Below, piece after piece: positions 12,400 through 25,015 of a stretch of 64,000 nucleotides of DNA. Each line of letters begins with the position of its first letter. Positions within the stretch are counted from its first letter, which is position 1. The position numbers and the translations under genes are program-made. The stretch is from Macrostomum hystrix (taxonomy: Eukaryota; Animalia; Platyhelminthes), in assembly GCA_950097015.1 (NCBI GenBank), contig CATNEN010000002.1:744001-808000 (forward strand), read 5' to 3'. The notes beneath the pieces were generated by a model that was given only the letters and a program-made list of their open reading frames with translations, did no database searches and had not been told where the DNA came from.

Positions 12400-12715
12400 C
12401 ATTCTCAGAACTTACAAATTGTATTAACATTCTCAGAACTTACAAATTGTATTAACATTCTCAGAACTTACAAATTGTATTAACATTCTCAGAACTTACA
12501 AATTGTATTAACATTCTCAGAACTTACAAATTGTATTAACATTCTCAGAACTTCTTATCCTACCAGACTTGACATTGACTTTTAAAAATACCATCCGACG
12601 AGATGTACATTGATAGTCTAGATTCTCGTCTCCTCAGATGTACATTGATAGTCTAGATTCTCGTCTCCTCAGATGTACATTGATAGTCTAGATTCTCGTC
12701 TCCTCAGATGTACAT
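12400..12715. repeat. Two short tandem arrays: 28-bp (attctcagaacttacaaattgtattaac) x5 and 35-bp (agatgtacattgatagtctagattctcgtctcctc) x3
   Basis: Direct reading. Confidence 0.9.
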
Positions 12716-12743
12716 CGAGAGTTTTAATCTCCTCCCTCTAGAT

Positions 12744-13325
12744 GAGGGGTCGGCACACTTATGAGCAAGCGGGCCAAAGAGAGAAACTAAAATACGACAG
12801 CAGGCCGAATTGACTGTAAAAATATGATATAGGGGAGAGATGAGACACGGGAGAGATGAGACACGGGAGAGATGAGACACGGGAGAGATGAGACACGGGA
12901 GAGATGAGACACTGGAGAGATGAGACACGGGAGAGATGAGACAAGGGGAGAGATGAGACACAGGAGAGATGAGACACGGGAGAGATGAGACACGGGAGAG
13001 ATGAGACAAAAGAGAGATGAGACACGGGAGAGATGAGACACGTGAGAGATGAGACACGGGAGAGATGAGACAAGGGAGAGATGAGACAGGGGAGAGATGA
13101 GACAAAAGAGAGATGAGACACGAGAGAGATGAGACAGGGGAGAGATGAGACAGGGGAGAGATGAGACACGGGAGAGATGAGACAGGGGAGAGATGAGACA
13201 CGGGAGAGATGAGACACGAGAGAGATGAGACACGGGAGAGATGAGACACGGGAGAGATGAGACACGAGAGAGATGAGACACGGGAGAGATGAGACACGGG
13301 AGAGATAAGACACAGGAGAGACAGA
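12744..13325 (+). mobile_element. Truncated hAT MITE (left end only) with internal 16-bp array gagagatgagacacgg
   Basis: gaggggtcggcacact...gggcc...acgacagcaggccgaattgactgta resembles the left end of the element at 13933; no right TIR seen. Confidence 0.65.
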
Positions 13326-13520
13326 GTGTCAGGTGAAGCATCAGGGTGTCAGGGGAGGCATCAGGGTGTCAGGGGAGGCATAAGGGTCTCAGGCAAGGCA
13401 TCAGGGTGTCAGGGGAGGCATCAGGGTCTCAGCGGAGGCATCAGGGTCTCAGCGGAGGCATCAGGGTGTCAGGTGAGGCATCAGGGTGTCAGGGGAGGCA
13501 TCAGGGTGTCAGGTGAGGCA
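13326..13520. repeat. 20-bp minisatellite (gcatcagggtgtcaggggag)
   Basis: About 9 copies. Confidence 0.85.
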
Positions 13521-13932
13521 GTAGATGCAAAATCTAATATTCGCTGAAGAAACTAAGAGCGGAGAGCCATATAACCGAGGATCGATAAGAAGGCCGGACA
13601 CCCAAATGGCGAGTTCGTCTGAGCGCAGCAGATTAATGTTTAAGTGTCTGAAATATATTTATTAGTGCTTTAGTTTTTCTGTACTTAATTTTTCTTCAAG
13701 ACAAAAAACTAATTTCGGACGTCAAGCTGCCTAAAATGTGCTTATATATGAAGATATTTTCTTGATAATTTGATAAGGTCAGCCTGGCAAAGCGAGGTGC
13801 TTGTAGAGGGCTATAAGCTGCTCATAGGTCTAATTAAGGTTGAGTAATTTTATGTGCCCCGGATAAAATAGGACGATTTTCCCCAGTCAGTTGCAGTGGT
13901 CCGTAAAAATATGGGATTCAGTCCCTCTATAG

Positions 13933-14698
13933 CAGGGGTCGGCAAACTTTTTAGCGAGTGGGGCCACGGAGAGAACCTATAGGACGACAGCGGGCCGTAT
14001 TAACTGTAGGAATATGAGAAAGAGGAGAGATGAGACACAGGATAGATGAGAAATGGGAGAGATGAGAAATGGGAGAGATGAGAAATGGGAGAGATGGGAC
14101 ACAGGATAGATGAGAAATGGGAGAGATGGGACACAGGATAGATGAGAAATGGGAGAGATGGGACACAGGATAGATGAGAAATGGGAGAGATGAGAAATGG
14201 GAGAGATGGGACACAGGATAGATGAGAAATGGGAGAGATGAGAAATGGGAGAGATGAGAAATGGGAGAGATGAGAAATGGGAGAGATGGGACACAGGATA
14301 GATGAGAAATGGGAGAGATGAGAAATGGGAGAGATGGGACACAGGATAGATGAGAAATGGGAGAGATGAGAAATGGGAGAGATGAGACATGGGAGAGATG
14401 AGAAATGGGAGAGATGGGACACAGGATAGATGAGAAATGGGAGAGATGATAAATGGGAGAGATGAGACACCGGATAGACGAGGCAGGGGAGGGATGAGCC
14501 AGAGATGAGAATAGATAAGACTGGAGAGAGACGGGAGACACGGCAGGGATGAGACAGGGGAGAGATAATTAGACAAAGGACAGATAAGACACTGGAGAGA
14601 TGAGACAGGATACTATAGGTGGTGGAAGGGGCAACGGGCCAGATTTAGGGGCTTCGAGGGCCGCATCTGGCCCGCGGGCCGGAGTTTGCCGACCCCTG
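13933..14698 (+). mobile_element. Non-autonomous hAT (Buster/Charlie-type) MITE with internal 16-bp array gagagatgagaaatgg
   Basis: Perfect 16-bp TIRs CAGGGGTCGGCAAACT / AGTTTGCCGACCCCTG; perfect 8-bp TSD CTCTATAG at 13925-13932 and 14699-14706, with central TA. Confidence 0.95.
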
Positions 14699-14952
14699 CT
14701 CTATAGGATTAGCTGCTTCTTGTGTTTCCACGCCTGCTTGCTAGTCCTTGAGTAGTGCTCACCATAATGGCAGTAGTAGAGCTATTAACTAATACTATAT
14801 TGTTGGACTTTGCAGGAAACCATTATTTAGATTAAAAAACTGCGGTTATTATTCTGTTACTTATCTAAAACTACTTTACATACTTTTTTGCTTGCGTAAA
14901 CAATCCTTATTTGATGCTGTCCTTTAATGGAAAGCATATCCGGTGAATCGTA

Positions 14953-15180
14953 AGAGGCGGTGTGTCATGTTATTATGACAGCCATGGAGTGGCAAATTTG
15001 GAGGGCAGTTAAATAACTGACTGGAGGATGGGGCGGCGGGCAGTTGAATAACTGACTGGAGGATGGGGTGGCGGGCAGGTGGAGGACTATTGAGCGTGGC
15101 AGAGGACTTTTTAACCATAGACTGCAAATTGAGCAGCCACTATTTTATATGAAATTCGATTTGGTTTGGCGCCCATTATA
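14953..15180. repeat. ~230-bp segment duplicated at 16761-16990, each copy followed by a CT tract
   Basis: agaggcggtgtgtcatg...tttggcgcccatt present twice with few substitutions. Confidence 0.9.
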
Positions 15181-16552
15181 TGCCTCCTCCTTCCTCCTTC
15201 CTCCTTCCTCCATCCTCCTTCCTCCTTCCTTCCTCCTTCCTACTTCCTCCTTCCTCCTCCTTCTTCCTTCCTCCTTCCTCCTCCTTCTTCCTTCCTCCTT
15301 CCTCCTTCCTCCTCCTTCCTCCTTCCTCCTTCCTTCCTCCTTCCTCCTTCCTCCTTCCTCCCTCCTCCTTCCTCCTTCCTCCTTCCTCCTTCCTTCCTCC
15401 TTCCTACTTCCTCCTTCCTCCTCCTTCTTCCTTCCTCCTTCCTCCTCCTTCTTCCTTCCTCCTTCCTCCTCCTTCCTCCTCCTTCCTCCTCCCTCCTCCT
15501 TCCTCCCTCCTTCCTCCCTCCTTCCTCCTCCCTCCTCCTTCCTCCCTCCTTCCTCCCTCCTTCCTCCCTCCTTCCTCCCTCCTTCCTCCCTCCTTCCTCC
15601 CTCCTTCCTCCTCCTTCTTCCTTCCTCCTTCCTCCTTCTTCATCCTCCTTCCTCCTTCTACCTTCCTTCCTCCTTCTTCCTCCCTCCTCCCTCCTTCCTC
15701 CCTCCTTCCTCCTCCCTCCTCCTTCCTCCCTCCTTCCTCCCTCCTTCCTCCCTCCTTCCTCCCTCCTTCCTCCCTCCTTCCTCCCTCCTTCCTCCTCCTT
15801 CTTCCTTCCTCCTTCCTCCTTCTTCATCCTCCTTCCTCCTTCTACCTTCCTTCCTCCTTCTTCCTCCCTCCTTCCTCCTCCTTCCTCCTTCCTCCTTCCT
15901 CCTTCTTCTTCCTTCCTCCTTCCTCCTTCTTCCTCCTCCTTCCTCCTTCCTCCCTCCTCCTTCCTCCTCCTTCCTCCTCCCTCCTCCTTCCTCCCTCCTC
16001 CCTCCTCCTTCCTCCCTCCTTCCTCCCTCCTTCCTCCTCCTTCTTCCTTCCTCCTTCCTCCTTCTTCATCCTCCTTCCTCCTTCTTCCTTCCTTCCTCCT
16101 TCTTCCTTCCTCCTTCCTCCTCCTTCCTCCTTCCTCCTTCCTCCTTCTTCCTTCCTTCCTCCTTCTTCCTTCTTCCTTCCTTCCTCCTTCTTCCTTCCTC
16201 CTTCTTCCTCCTTCCTCCTTCCTCCTTCCTCCTTCCTCCTCCTTCCTCCTCCTTCTTCCTCCTTCCTCCTTCCTCCTTCCTCCTCTTTCCTCCTTCCTCC
16301 TCCTTCTTCCTTCCTCCTTCCTCCTCCTTCCTCCTCCCTCCTCCTTCCTCCTCCCTCCTCTTTCCTCCTCCCTCCTCCTTTCACCTTCCTCCTCCTTCCT
16401 CCTTCCACCCTCCTCCTTCCTCCCTCCTTCTTGCTCCTTCCTCCCTCCTCCTTCCTCCTTCCTCCCTCCTCCTTCCTCCCTCCTCCTTCCTCCTTCCTCC
16501 CTCCTCCTTCCTACTCCCTCCTCCTTCCTCCTTCCTCTTCCTCCTTCCTCCA
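15181..16552. repeat. Polypyrimidine (CCT/CCTT) tract
   Basis: About 1.4 kb of pyrimidines. Confidence 0.95.
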
Positions 16553-16757
16553 TTCGAAAAAACATTCCAAAAAACAAATAACAAATGGCAAAATGTAACA
16601 ATGACACGCTATATTGTCATATTATATCATACCCATGCCTAATTACCAGATACGTCTATTGACATATTCAATCAAATACTACAAATTGTTCCTCTCGTTA
16701 AAACTTCAAACGCATAAACAAAAGAGCCTATTCACCGAAACACTCCTGCAAAGTCTG
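16545..16757. repeat. Orphan third copy of the NHL-gene 3' flank, cut at gcaaagtct
   Basis: ccattcgaaaaaacattccaaaaaac...gagcctattcaccgaaacactcctgcaaagtct matches 7432-7629 and 29225-29418. Confidence 0.85.
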
Positions 16758-16987
16758 CAAAGAGGCGGTGTGTCATGTTATTTTGACAGCCATGGAGTGG
16801 CAAATTTGGAGGGCAGTTAAATAACTGACTGGAGGATGGGGTGGCGGGCAGTTGAATAACTGACTGGAGGATGGGGTGGCGGGCAGGTTGAGGACTATTG
16901 AGCGTGGCAGAGGACTTTTTAACCATAGACTGCAAATTGAGCAGCCACTATTTTATATGAAATTCGATTTGGTTTGGCGCCCATTTT

Positions 16988-19900
16988 ATGCCTCCTCCTT
17001 CCTCCTTCCTCCTCCTTCCTCCTCCTTCCTCTTCCTTCCTCCTCCTACCTCCTCCTTCCTTTTCCTTCCCCCTTCCTCCTTCCTACTTCCTCCCTCCTCC
17101 TTCCTCCTTCCTCCTTCCTCCTTCCTTCCTCCTTCCTACTTCCTCCTTCCTCCCTCCTCCTTCTTCCTTCCTCCTTCCTCCTCCTTCTTCCTTCCTCCTT
17201 CCTCCTTCCTCCTCCTTCCTCCTTCCTCCTTCCTTCCTCCTTCCTCCTTCCTCCTTCCTCCCTCCTCCTTCCTCCTTCCTCCTTCCTCCTTCCTTCCTCC
17301 TTCCTACTTCTTCCTTCCTCCTCCTTCTTCCTTCCTCCTTCCTCCTCCTTCTTCCTTCCTCCTTCCTCCTTCCTCCTTCTTCTTCCTTCCTCCTTCCTCC
17401 TCCTTCCTCCTCCTTCCTCCTCCCTCCTCCTTCCTCCCTCCTTCCTCCCTCCTTCCTCCCTCCTTCCTCCCTCCTTCCTCCTCCTTCTTCCTTCCTCCTT
17501 CCTCCTTCTTCATCCTCCTTCCTCCTTCTTCCTTCCTTTCTCCTTCTTCCTTCCTCCTTCCTCCTCCTTCCTCCTTCCTCCTTCCTCCTTCTTCCTTCCT
17601 TCCTCCTTCTTCCTTCTTCCTTCTTTCCTCCTTCTTCCTTCCTCCTTCTTCCTCCTTCCTCCTTCCTCCTTCCTCCTTCCTCCTTCCTCCTCCTTCCTCC
17701 TCCTTCTTCCTCCTTCCTCCTTCCTCCTCCTTCTTCCTTCCTCCTTCCTCCTCCTTCCTCCCTCCTCCTTCCTCCTCCCTCCTCCTTCTTCCTTCCTCCT
17801 TCCTCCTTCTTCCTCCTCCTTCCTCCTTCTTCCTTCCTCCTCCTTTCTCCTCCTTCTTCCTCCTTCCTCCTTCCTCCTTCCTCCTCTTTCCTCATTCCTC
17901 CTCCTTCTTCCTTCCTCCTTCCTCCTCCTTCCTCCCTCCTCCTTCCTCCTCCCTCCTCCTTCCTCCTCCCTCCTCTTTCCTCCTCCCCCCTCCTTTCTCC
18001 TTCCTCCTCCTTCCTCCTTCCACCCTCCTCCTTCCTCCCTCCTTCTTGCTCCTTCCTCCCTCCTCCTTCCTCCCTCCTCCTCCTTCCTCCTCCTTCCTCC
18101 TTCCTCCTTCCTTCCTCCTTCCTCCTTCCTCCTTCCTCCCTCCTCCTTCCTCCTTCCTCCTTCCTCCTTCCTTCCTCCTTCCTACTTCCTCCTTCCTCCT
18201 CCTTCTTCCTTCCTCCTTCCTCCTCCTTCTTCCTTCCTCCTTCCTCCTTCCTGCTTCTTCCTTCCTTCCTCCGACTTCCTTCCTTCCTCCTTCTTCCTTC
18301 TTCCTTCTTTCCTCCTTCTTCCTTCCTCCTTCTTCCTCCTTCCTCCTTCCTCCTTCCTCCTTCCTCCTTCCTCCTCCTTCCTCCTCCTTCTTCCTCCTTC
18401 CTCCTTCCTCCTTCCTCCTCTTTCCTCCTTCCTCCTCCTTCTTCCTTCCTCCTTCCTCCTCCTTCCTCCCTCCTCCTTCCTCCTCCCTCCTCCTTCTTCC
18501 TTCCTCCTTCCTCCTTCTTCCTCCTCCTTCCTCCTTCTTCCTTCCTCCTCCTTCCTCCTCCTTCTTCCTCCTTCCTCCTTCCTCCTTCCTCCTCTTTCCT
18601 CATTCCTCCTCCTTCTTCCTTCCTCCTTCCTCCTCCTTTCTCCCTCCTCCTTCCTCCTCCGTCCTCCTTCCTCCTCCCTCCTCTTTCCTCCTTCCCCCTC
18701 CTTTCTCCTTCCTCCTCCTTCCTCCTTCCACCCTCCTCCTTCCTCCCTCCTTCTTGCTCCTTCCTCCCTCCTCCTTCCTCCCTCCTCCTCCTTCCTCCTC
18801 CTTCCTTCTTCCTTCCTCCTTCCTCCTCCTTCCTCCCTCCTCCTTCCTCCTCCCTCCTCCTTCCTCCTCCCTCCTCTTTCCTCCTCCCCCCTCCTTTCTC
18901 CTTCCTCCTCCTTCCTCCTTCCACCCTCCTTCTTGCTCCTTCCTCCCTCCTCCTTCCTCCCTCCTCCTCCTTCCTCCTCCTTCCTCCTTCCTCCTTCCTT
19001 CCTCCTTCCTCCTTCCTCCTTCCTCCCTCCTCCTTCCTCCTTCCTCCTTCCTCCTTCCTTCCTCCTTCCTACTTCCTCCTTCCTCCTCCTTCTTCCTTCC
19101 TCCTTCCTCCTCCTTCTTCCTTCCTCCTTCCTCCTTCCTCCTTCCTTCCTCCTTCCTACTTCTTCCTTCCTCCTCCTTCTTCCTTCCTCCTTCCTCCTCC
19201 TTCTTCCTTCCTCCTTCCTCCTTCCTCCTTCTTCTTCCTTCCTCCTTCCTCCTCCTTCCTCCTCCTTCCTCCTCCCTCCTCCTTCCTCCCTCCTTCCTCC
19301 CTCCTTCCTCCCTCCATCCTCCCTCCTTCCTCCTCCTTCTTCCTTCCTCCTTCCTCCTTCTTCATCCTCCTTCCTCCTTCTTCCTTCCTTTCTCCTTCTT
19401 CCTTCCTCCTTCCTCCTCCTTCCTCCTTCCTCCTTCCTCCTTCTTCCTTCCTTCCTCCGACTTCCTTCCTTCCTCCTTCTTCCTTCTTCCTTCTTTCCTC
19501 CTTCTTCCTTCCTCCTTCTTCCTCCTTCCTCCTTCCTCCTTCCTCCTTCCTCCTTCCTCCTCCTTCCTCCTCCTTCTTCCTCCTTCCTCCTTCCTCCTTC
19601 CTCCTCTTTCCTCCTTCCTCCTCCTTCTTCCTTCCTCCTTCCTCCTCCTTCCTCCCTCCTCCTTCCTCCTCCCTCCTCCTTCTTCCTTCCTCCTTCCTCC
19701 TTCTTCCTCCTCCTTCCTCCTTCTTCCTTCCTCCTCCTTCCTCGTCCTTCTTCCTCCTTCCTCCTTCCTCCTTCCTCCTCTTTCCTCATTCCTCCTCCTT
19801 CTTCCTTCCTCCTTCCTCCTCCTTTCTCCCTCCTCCTTCCTCCTCCGTCCTCCTTCCTCCTCCCTCCTCTTTCCTCCTTCCCCCTCCTTTCTCCTTCCTC

Positions 19901-22900
19901 CTCCTTCCTCCTTCCACCCTCCTCCTTCCTCCCTCCTTCTTGCTCCTTCCTCCCTCCTCCTTCCTCCTTCCTCCCTCCTCCTTCCTCCCTCCTCCTTCCT
20001 CCTTCCTCCCTCCTTCCTCCCTCCTTCCTCCTCCTTCTTCCTTCCTCCTTCCTCCTTCTTCATCCTCCTTCCTCCTTCTTCCTTCCTTTCTCCTTCTTCC
20101 TTCCTCCTTCCTCCTCCTTCCTCCTTCCTCCTTCCTCCTTCTTCCTTCCTTCCTCCTTCTTCCTTCTTCCTTCTTTCCTCCTTCTTCCTTCCTCCTTCTT
20201 CCTCCTTCCTCCTTCCTCCTTCCTCCTTCCTCCTTCCTCCTCCTTCCTCCTCCTTCTTCCTCCTTCCTCCTTCCTCCTCCTTCTTCCTTCCTCCTTCCTC
20301 CTCCTTCCTCCCTCCTCCTTCCTCCTCCCTCCTCCTTCTTCCTTCCTCCTTCCTCCTTCTTCCTCCTCCTTCCTCCTTCTTCCTTCCTCCTCCTTCCTCC
20401 TCCTTCTTCCTCCTTCCTCCTTCCTCCTTCCTCCTCTTTCCTCATTCCTCCTCCTTCTTCCTTCCTCCTTCCTCCTCCTTCCTCCCTCCTCCTTCCTCCT
20501 CCCTCCTCCTTCCTCCTCCCTCCTCTTTCCTCCTCCCCCCTCCTTTCTCCTTCCTCCTCCTTCCTCCTTCCACCCTCCTCCTTCCTCCCTCCTTCTTGCT
20601 CCTTCCTCCCTCCTCCTTCCTCCCTCCTCCTCCTTCCTCCTCCTTCCTCCTTCCTCCTTCCTTCCTCCTTCCTCCTTCCTCCTTCCTCCTTCCTCCTTCC
20701 TTCCTCCTTCCTACTTCCTCCTTCCTCCTCCTTCTTCCTTCCTCCTTCCTCCTCCTTCTTCCTTCCTCCTTCCTCCTTCCTCCTCCTTCCTCCTTCCTCC
20801 TTCCTTCCTCCTTCCTCCTTCCTCCTTCCTCCCTCCTCCTTCCTCCTTCCTCCTTCCTCCTTCCTTCCTCCTTCCTACTTCTTCCTTCCTCCTCCTTCTT
20901 CCTTCCTCCTTCCTCCTCCTTCTTCCTTCCTCCTTCCTCCTTCCTCCTTCTTCTTCCTTCCTCCTTCCTCCTCCTTCCTCCTCCTTCCTCCTCCCTCCTC
21001 CTTCCTCCCTCCTTCCTCCCTCCTTCCTCCCTCCATCCTCCCTCCTTCCTCCTCCTTCTTCCTTCCTCCTTCCTCCTTCTTCCTTCCTTTCTCCTTCTTC
21101 CTTCCTCCTTCCTCCTCCTTCCTCCTTCCTCCTTCCTCCTTCTTCCTTCCTTCCTCCGACTTCCTTCCTTCCTCCTTCTTCCTTCTTCCTTCTTTCCTCC
21201 TTCTTCCTTCCTCCTTGTTCCTCCTTCCTCCTTCCTCCTTCCTCCTTCCTCCTTCCTCCTCCTTCCTCCTCCTTCTTCCTCCTTCCTCCTTCCTCCTTCC
21301 TCCTCTTTCCTCCTTCCTCCTCCTTCTTCCTTCCTCCTTCCTCCTCCTTTCTCCCTCCTCCTTCCTCCTCCCTCCTCCTTCTTCCTTCCTCCTTCCTCCT
21401 TCTTCCTCCTCCTTCCTCCTTCTTCCTTCCTCCTCCTTCCTCCTCCTTCTTCCTCCTTCCTCCTTCCTCCTTCCTCCTCTTTCCTCATTCCTCCTCCTTC
21501 TTCCTTCCTCCTTCCTCCTCCTTTCTCCCTCCTCCTTCCTCCTCCGTCCTCCTTCCTCTTCCCTCCTCTTTCCTCCTTCCCCCTCCTTTCTCCTTCCTCC
21601 TCCTTCCTCCTTCCACCCTCCTCCTTCCTCCCTCCTTCTTGCTCCTTCCTCCCTCCTCCTTCCTCCTTCCTCCCTCCTCCTTCCTCCCTCCTCCTTCCTC
21701 CTTCCTCCTTCCTCCTTCCTACTCCCTCCTCCTTCCTCCTTCCTCTTCATCCTTCCTCCCCCTTCTTCCTTCCTCCTTCCTCCTTCCTCCTCCTTCTTCC
21801 TTCCTCCTTCCTCCTCCTTCCTCCCTCCTCCTTCCTCCTCCCTCCTCCTTCCTCCTCCCTCCTCTTTCCTCCTCCCCCCTCCTTTCTCCTTCCTCCTCCT
21901 TCCTCCTTCCACCCTCCTCCTTCCTCCCTCCTTCTTGCTCCTTCCTCCCTCCTCCTTCCTCCCTCCTCCTCCTTCCTCCTCCTTCCTCCTTCCTCCTTCC
22001 TTCCTCCTTCCTCCTTCCTCCTTCCTCCCTCCTCCTTCCTCCTTCCTCCTTCCTCCTTCCTTCCTCCTTCCTACTTCCTCCTTCCTCCTCCTTCTTCCTT
22101 CCTCCTTCCTCCTCCTTCCTCCCTCCTCCTTCCTCCTCCCTCCTCCTTCTTCCTTCCTCCTTCCTCCTTCTTCCTCCTCCTTCCTCCTTCTTCCTTCCTC
22201 CTCCTTCCTCCTCCTTCTTCCTCCTTCCTCCTTCCTCCTTCCTCCTCTTTCCTCATTCCTCCTCCTTCTTCCTTCCTCCTTCCTCCTCCTTCCTCCCTCC
22301 TCCTTCCTCCTCCCTCCTCCTTCCTCCTCCCTCCTCTTTCCTCCTCCCCCCTCCTTTCTCCTTCCTCCTCCTTCCTCCTTCCACCCTCCTCCTTCCTCCC
22401 TCCTTCTTGCTCCTTCCTCCCTCCTCCTTCCTCCCTCCTCCTCCTTCCTCCTCCTTCCTCCTTCCTCCTTCCTTCCTCCTTCCTCCTTCCTCCTTCCTCC
22501 CTCCTCCTTCCTCCTTCCTCCTTCCTCCTTCCTTCCTCCTTCCTACTTCCTCCTTCCTCCTCCTTCTTCCTTCCTCCTTCCTCCTCCTTCTTCCTTCCTC
22601 CTTCCTCCTTCCTCCTCCTTCCTCCTTCCTCCTTCCTTCCTCCTTCCTCCTTCCTCCTTCCTCCCTCCTCCTTCCTCCTTCCTCCTTCCTCCTTCCTTCC
22701 TCCTTCCTACTTCTTCCTTCCTCCTCCTTCTTCCTTCCTCCTTCCTCCTCCTTCTTCCTTCCTCCTTCCTCCTTCCTCCTTCTTCTTCCTTCCTCCTTCC
22801 TCCTCCTTCCTCCTCCTTCCTCCTCCCTCCTCCTTCCTCCCTCCTTCCTCCCTCCTTCCTCCCTCCATCCTCCCTCCTTCCTTCCTTTCTCCTTCTTCCT

Positions 22901-25015
22901 TCCTCCTTCCTCCTCCTTCCTCCTTCCTCCTTCCTCCTTCTTCCTTCCTTCCTCCGACTTCCTTCCTTCCTCCTTCTTCCTTCTTCCTTCTTTCCTCCTT
23001 CTTCCTTCCTCCTTGTTCCTCCTTCCTCCTTCCTCCTTCCTCCTTCCTCCTTCCTCCTCCTTCCTCCTCCTTCTTCCTCCTTCCTCCTTCCTCCTTCCTC
23101 CTCTTTCCTCCTTCCTCCTCCTTCTTCCTTCCTCCTTCCTCCTCCTTTCTCCCTCCTCCTTCCTCCTCCCTCCTCCTTCTTCCTTCCTCCTTCCTCCTTC
23201 TTCCTCCTCCTTCCTCCTTCTTCCTTCCTCCTCCTTCCTCCTCCTTCTTCCTCCTTCCTCCTTCCTCCTTCCTCCTCTTTCCTCATTCCTCCTCCTTCTT
23301 CCTTCCTCCTTCCTCCTCCTTTCTCCCTCCTCCTTCCTCCTCCGTCCTCCTTCCTCCTCCCTCCTCTTTCCTCCTTCCCCCTCCTTTCTCCTTCCTCCTC
23401 CTTCCTCCTTCCACCCTCCTCCTTCCTCCCTCCTTCTTGCTCCTTCCTCCCTCCTCCTTCCTCCTTCCTCCCTCCTCCTTCCTCCCTCCTCCTTCCTCCT
23501 TCCTCCCTCCTCCTTCCTACTCCCTCCTCCTTCCTCCTTCCTCTTCATCCTTCCTCCCCCTTCTTCCTTCCTCCTTCCTCCTTCCTCCTCCTTCTTCCTT
23601 CCTCCTTCCTCCTCCTTCCTCCCTCCTCCTTCCTCCTCCCTCCTCCTTCCTCCTCCCTCCTCTTTCCTCCTCCCCCCTCCTTTCTCCTTCCTCCTCCTTC
23701 CTCCTTCCACCCTCCTCCTTCCTCCCTCCTTCTTGCTCCTTCCTCCCTCCTCCTTCCTCCCTCCTCCTCCTTCCTCCTCCTTCCTCCTTCCTCCTTCCTT
23801 CCTCCTTCCTCCTTCCTCCTTCCTCCCTCCTCCTTCCTCCTTCCTCCTTCCTCCTTCCTTCCTCCTTCCTACTTCCTCCTTCCTCCTCCTTCTTCCTTCC
23901 TCCTTCCTCCTCCTTCTTCCTTCCTCCTTCCTCCTTCCTCCTCCTTCCTCCTTCCTCCTTCCTTCCTCCTTCCTCCTTCCTCCTTCCTCCCTCCTCCTTC
24001 CTCCTTCCTCCTTCCTCCTTCCTTCCTCCTTCCTACTTCTTCCTTCCTCCTCCTTCTTCCTTCCTCCTTCCTCCTCCTTCTTCCTTCATCCTTCCTCCTT
24101 CCTCCTTCTTCTTCCTTCCTCCTTCCTCCTCCTTCCTCCTCCTTCCTCCTCCCTCCTCCTTCCTCCCTCCTTCCTCCCTCCTTCCTCCCTCCATCCTCCC
24201 TCCTTCCTCCTCCTTCTTCCTTCCTCCTTCCTCCTTCTTCATCCTCCTTCCTCCTTCTTCCTTCCTTTCTCCTTCTTCCTTCCTCCTTCCTCCTCCTTCC
24301 TCCTTCCTCCTTCCTCCTTCTTCCTTCCTTCCTCCGACTTCCTTCCTTCCTCCTTCTTCCTTCTTCCTTCTTTCCTCCTTCTTCCTTCCTCCTTGTTCCT
24401 CCTTCCTCCTTCCTCCTTCCTCCTTCCTCCTCCTTCCTCCTCCTTCTTCCTCCTTCCTCCTTCCTCCTTCCTCCTCTTTCCTCCTTCCTCCTCCTTCTTC
24501 CTTCCTCCTTCCTCCTCCTTTCTCCCTCCTCCTTCCTCCTCCCTCCTCCTTCTTCCTTCCTCCTTCCTCCTTCTTCCTCCTCCTTCCTCCTTCTTCCTTC
24601 CTCCTCCTTCCTCCTCCTTCTTCCTCCTTCCTCCTTCCTCCTTCCTCCTCTTTCCTCATTCCTCCTCCTTCTTCCTTCCTCCTTCCTCCTCCTTTCTCCC
24701 TCCTCCTTCCTCCTCCGTCCTCCTTCCTCCTCCCTCCTCTTTCCTCCTTCCCCCTCCTTTCTCCTTCCTCCTCCTTCCTCCTTCCACCCTCCTCCTTCCT
24801 CCCTCCTTCTTGCTCCTTCCTCCCTCCTCCTTCCTCCTTCCTCCCTCCTCCTTCCTCCCTCCTCCTTCCTCCTTCCTCCCTCCTCCTTCCTACTCCCTCC
24901 TCCTTCCTCCTTCCTCTTCATCCTTCCTCCCCCTTCTTCCTTCCTCCTTCCTCCTTCCTCCTTCTTCTTCCTTCCTCCTTCCTCCTTCTTCCTCCTCCTT
25001 CCTCCTTCCTCCCTC
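16988..25015. repeat. ~8-kb polypyrimidine (CCT/CCTT) array with internal higher-order duplications
   Basis: Nearly pure C/T; rare variant words (ttgctcc, ccgact, ctcattcc, ccgtcc) recur in conserved order. Confidence 0.95.
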
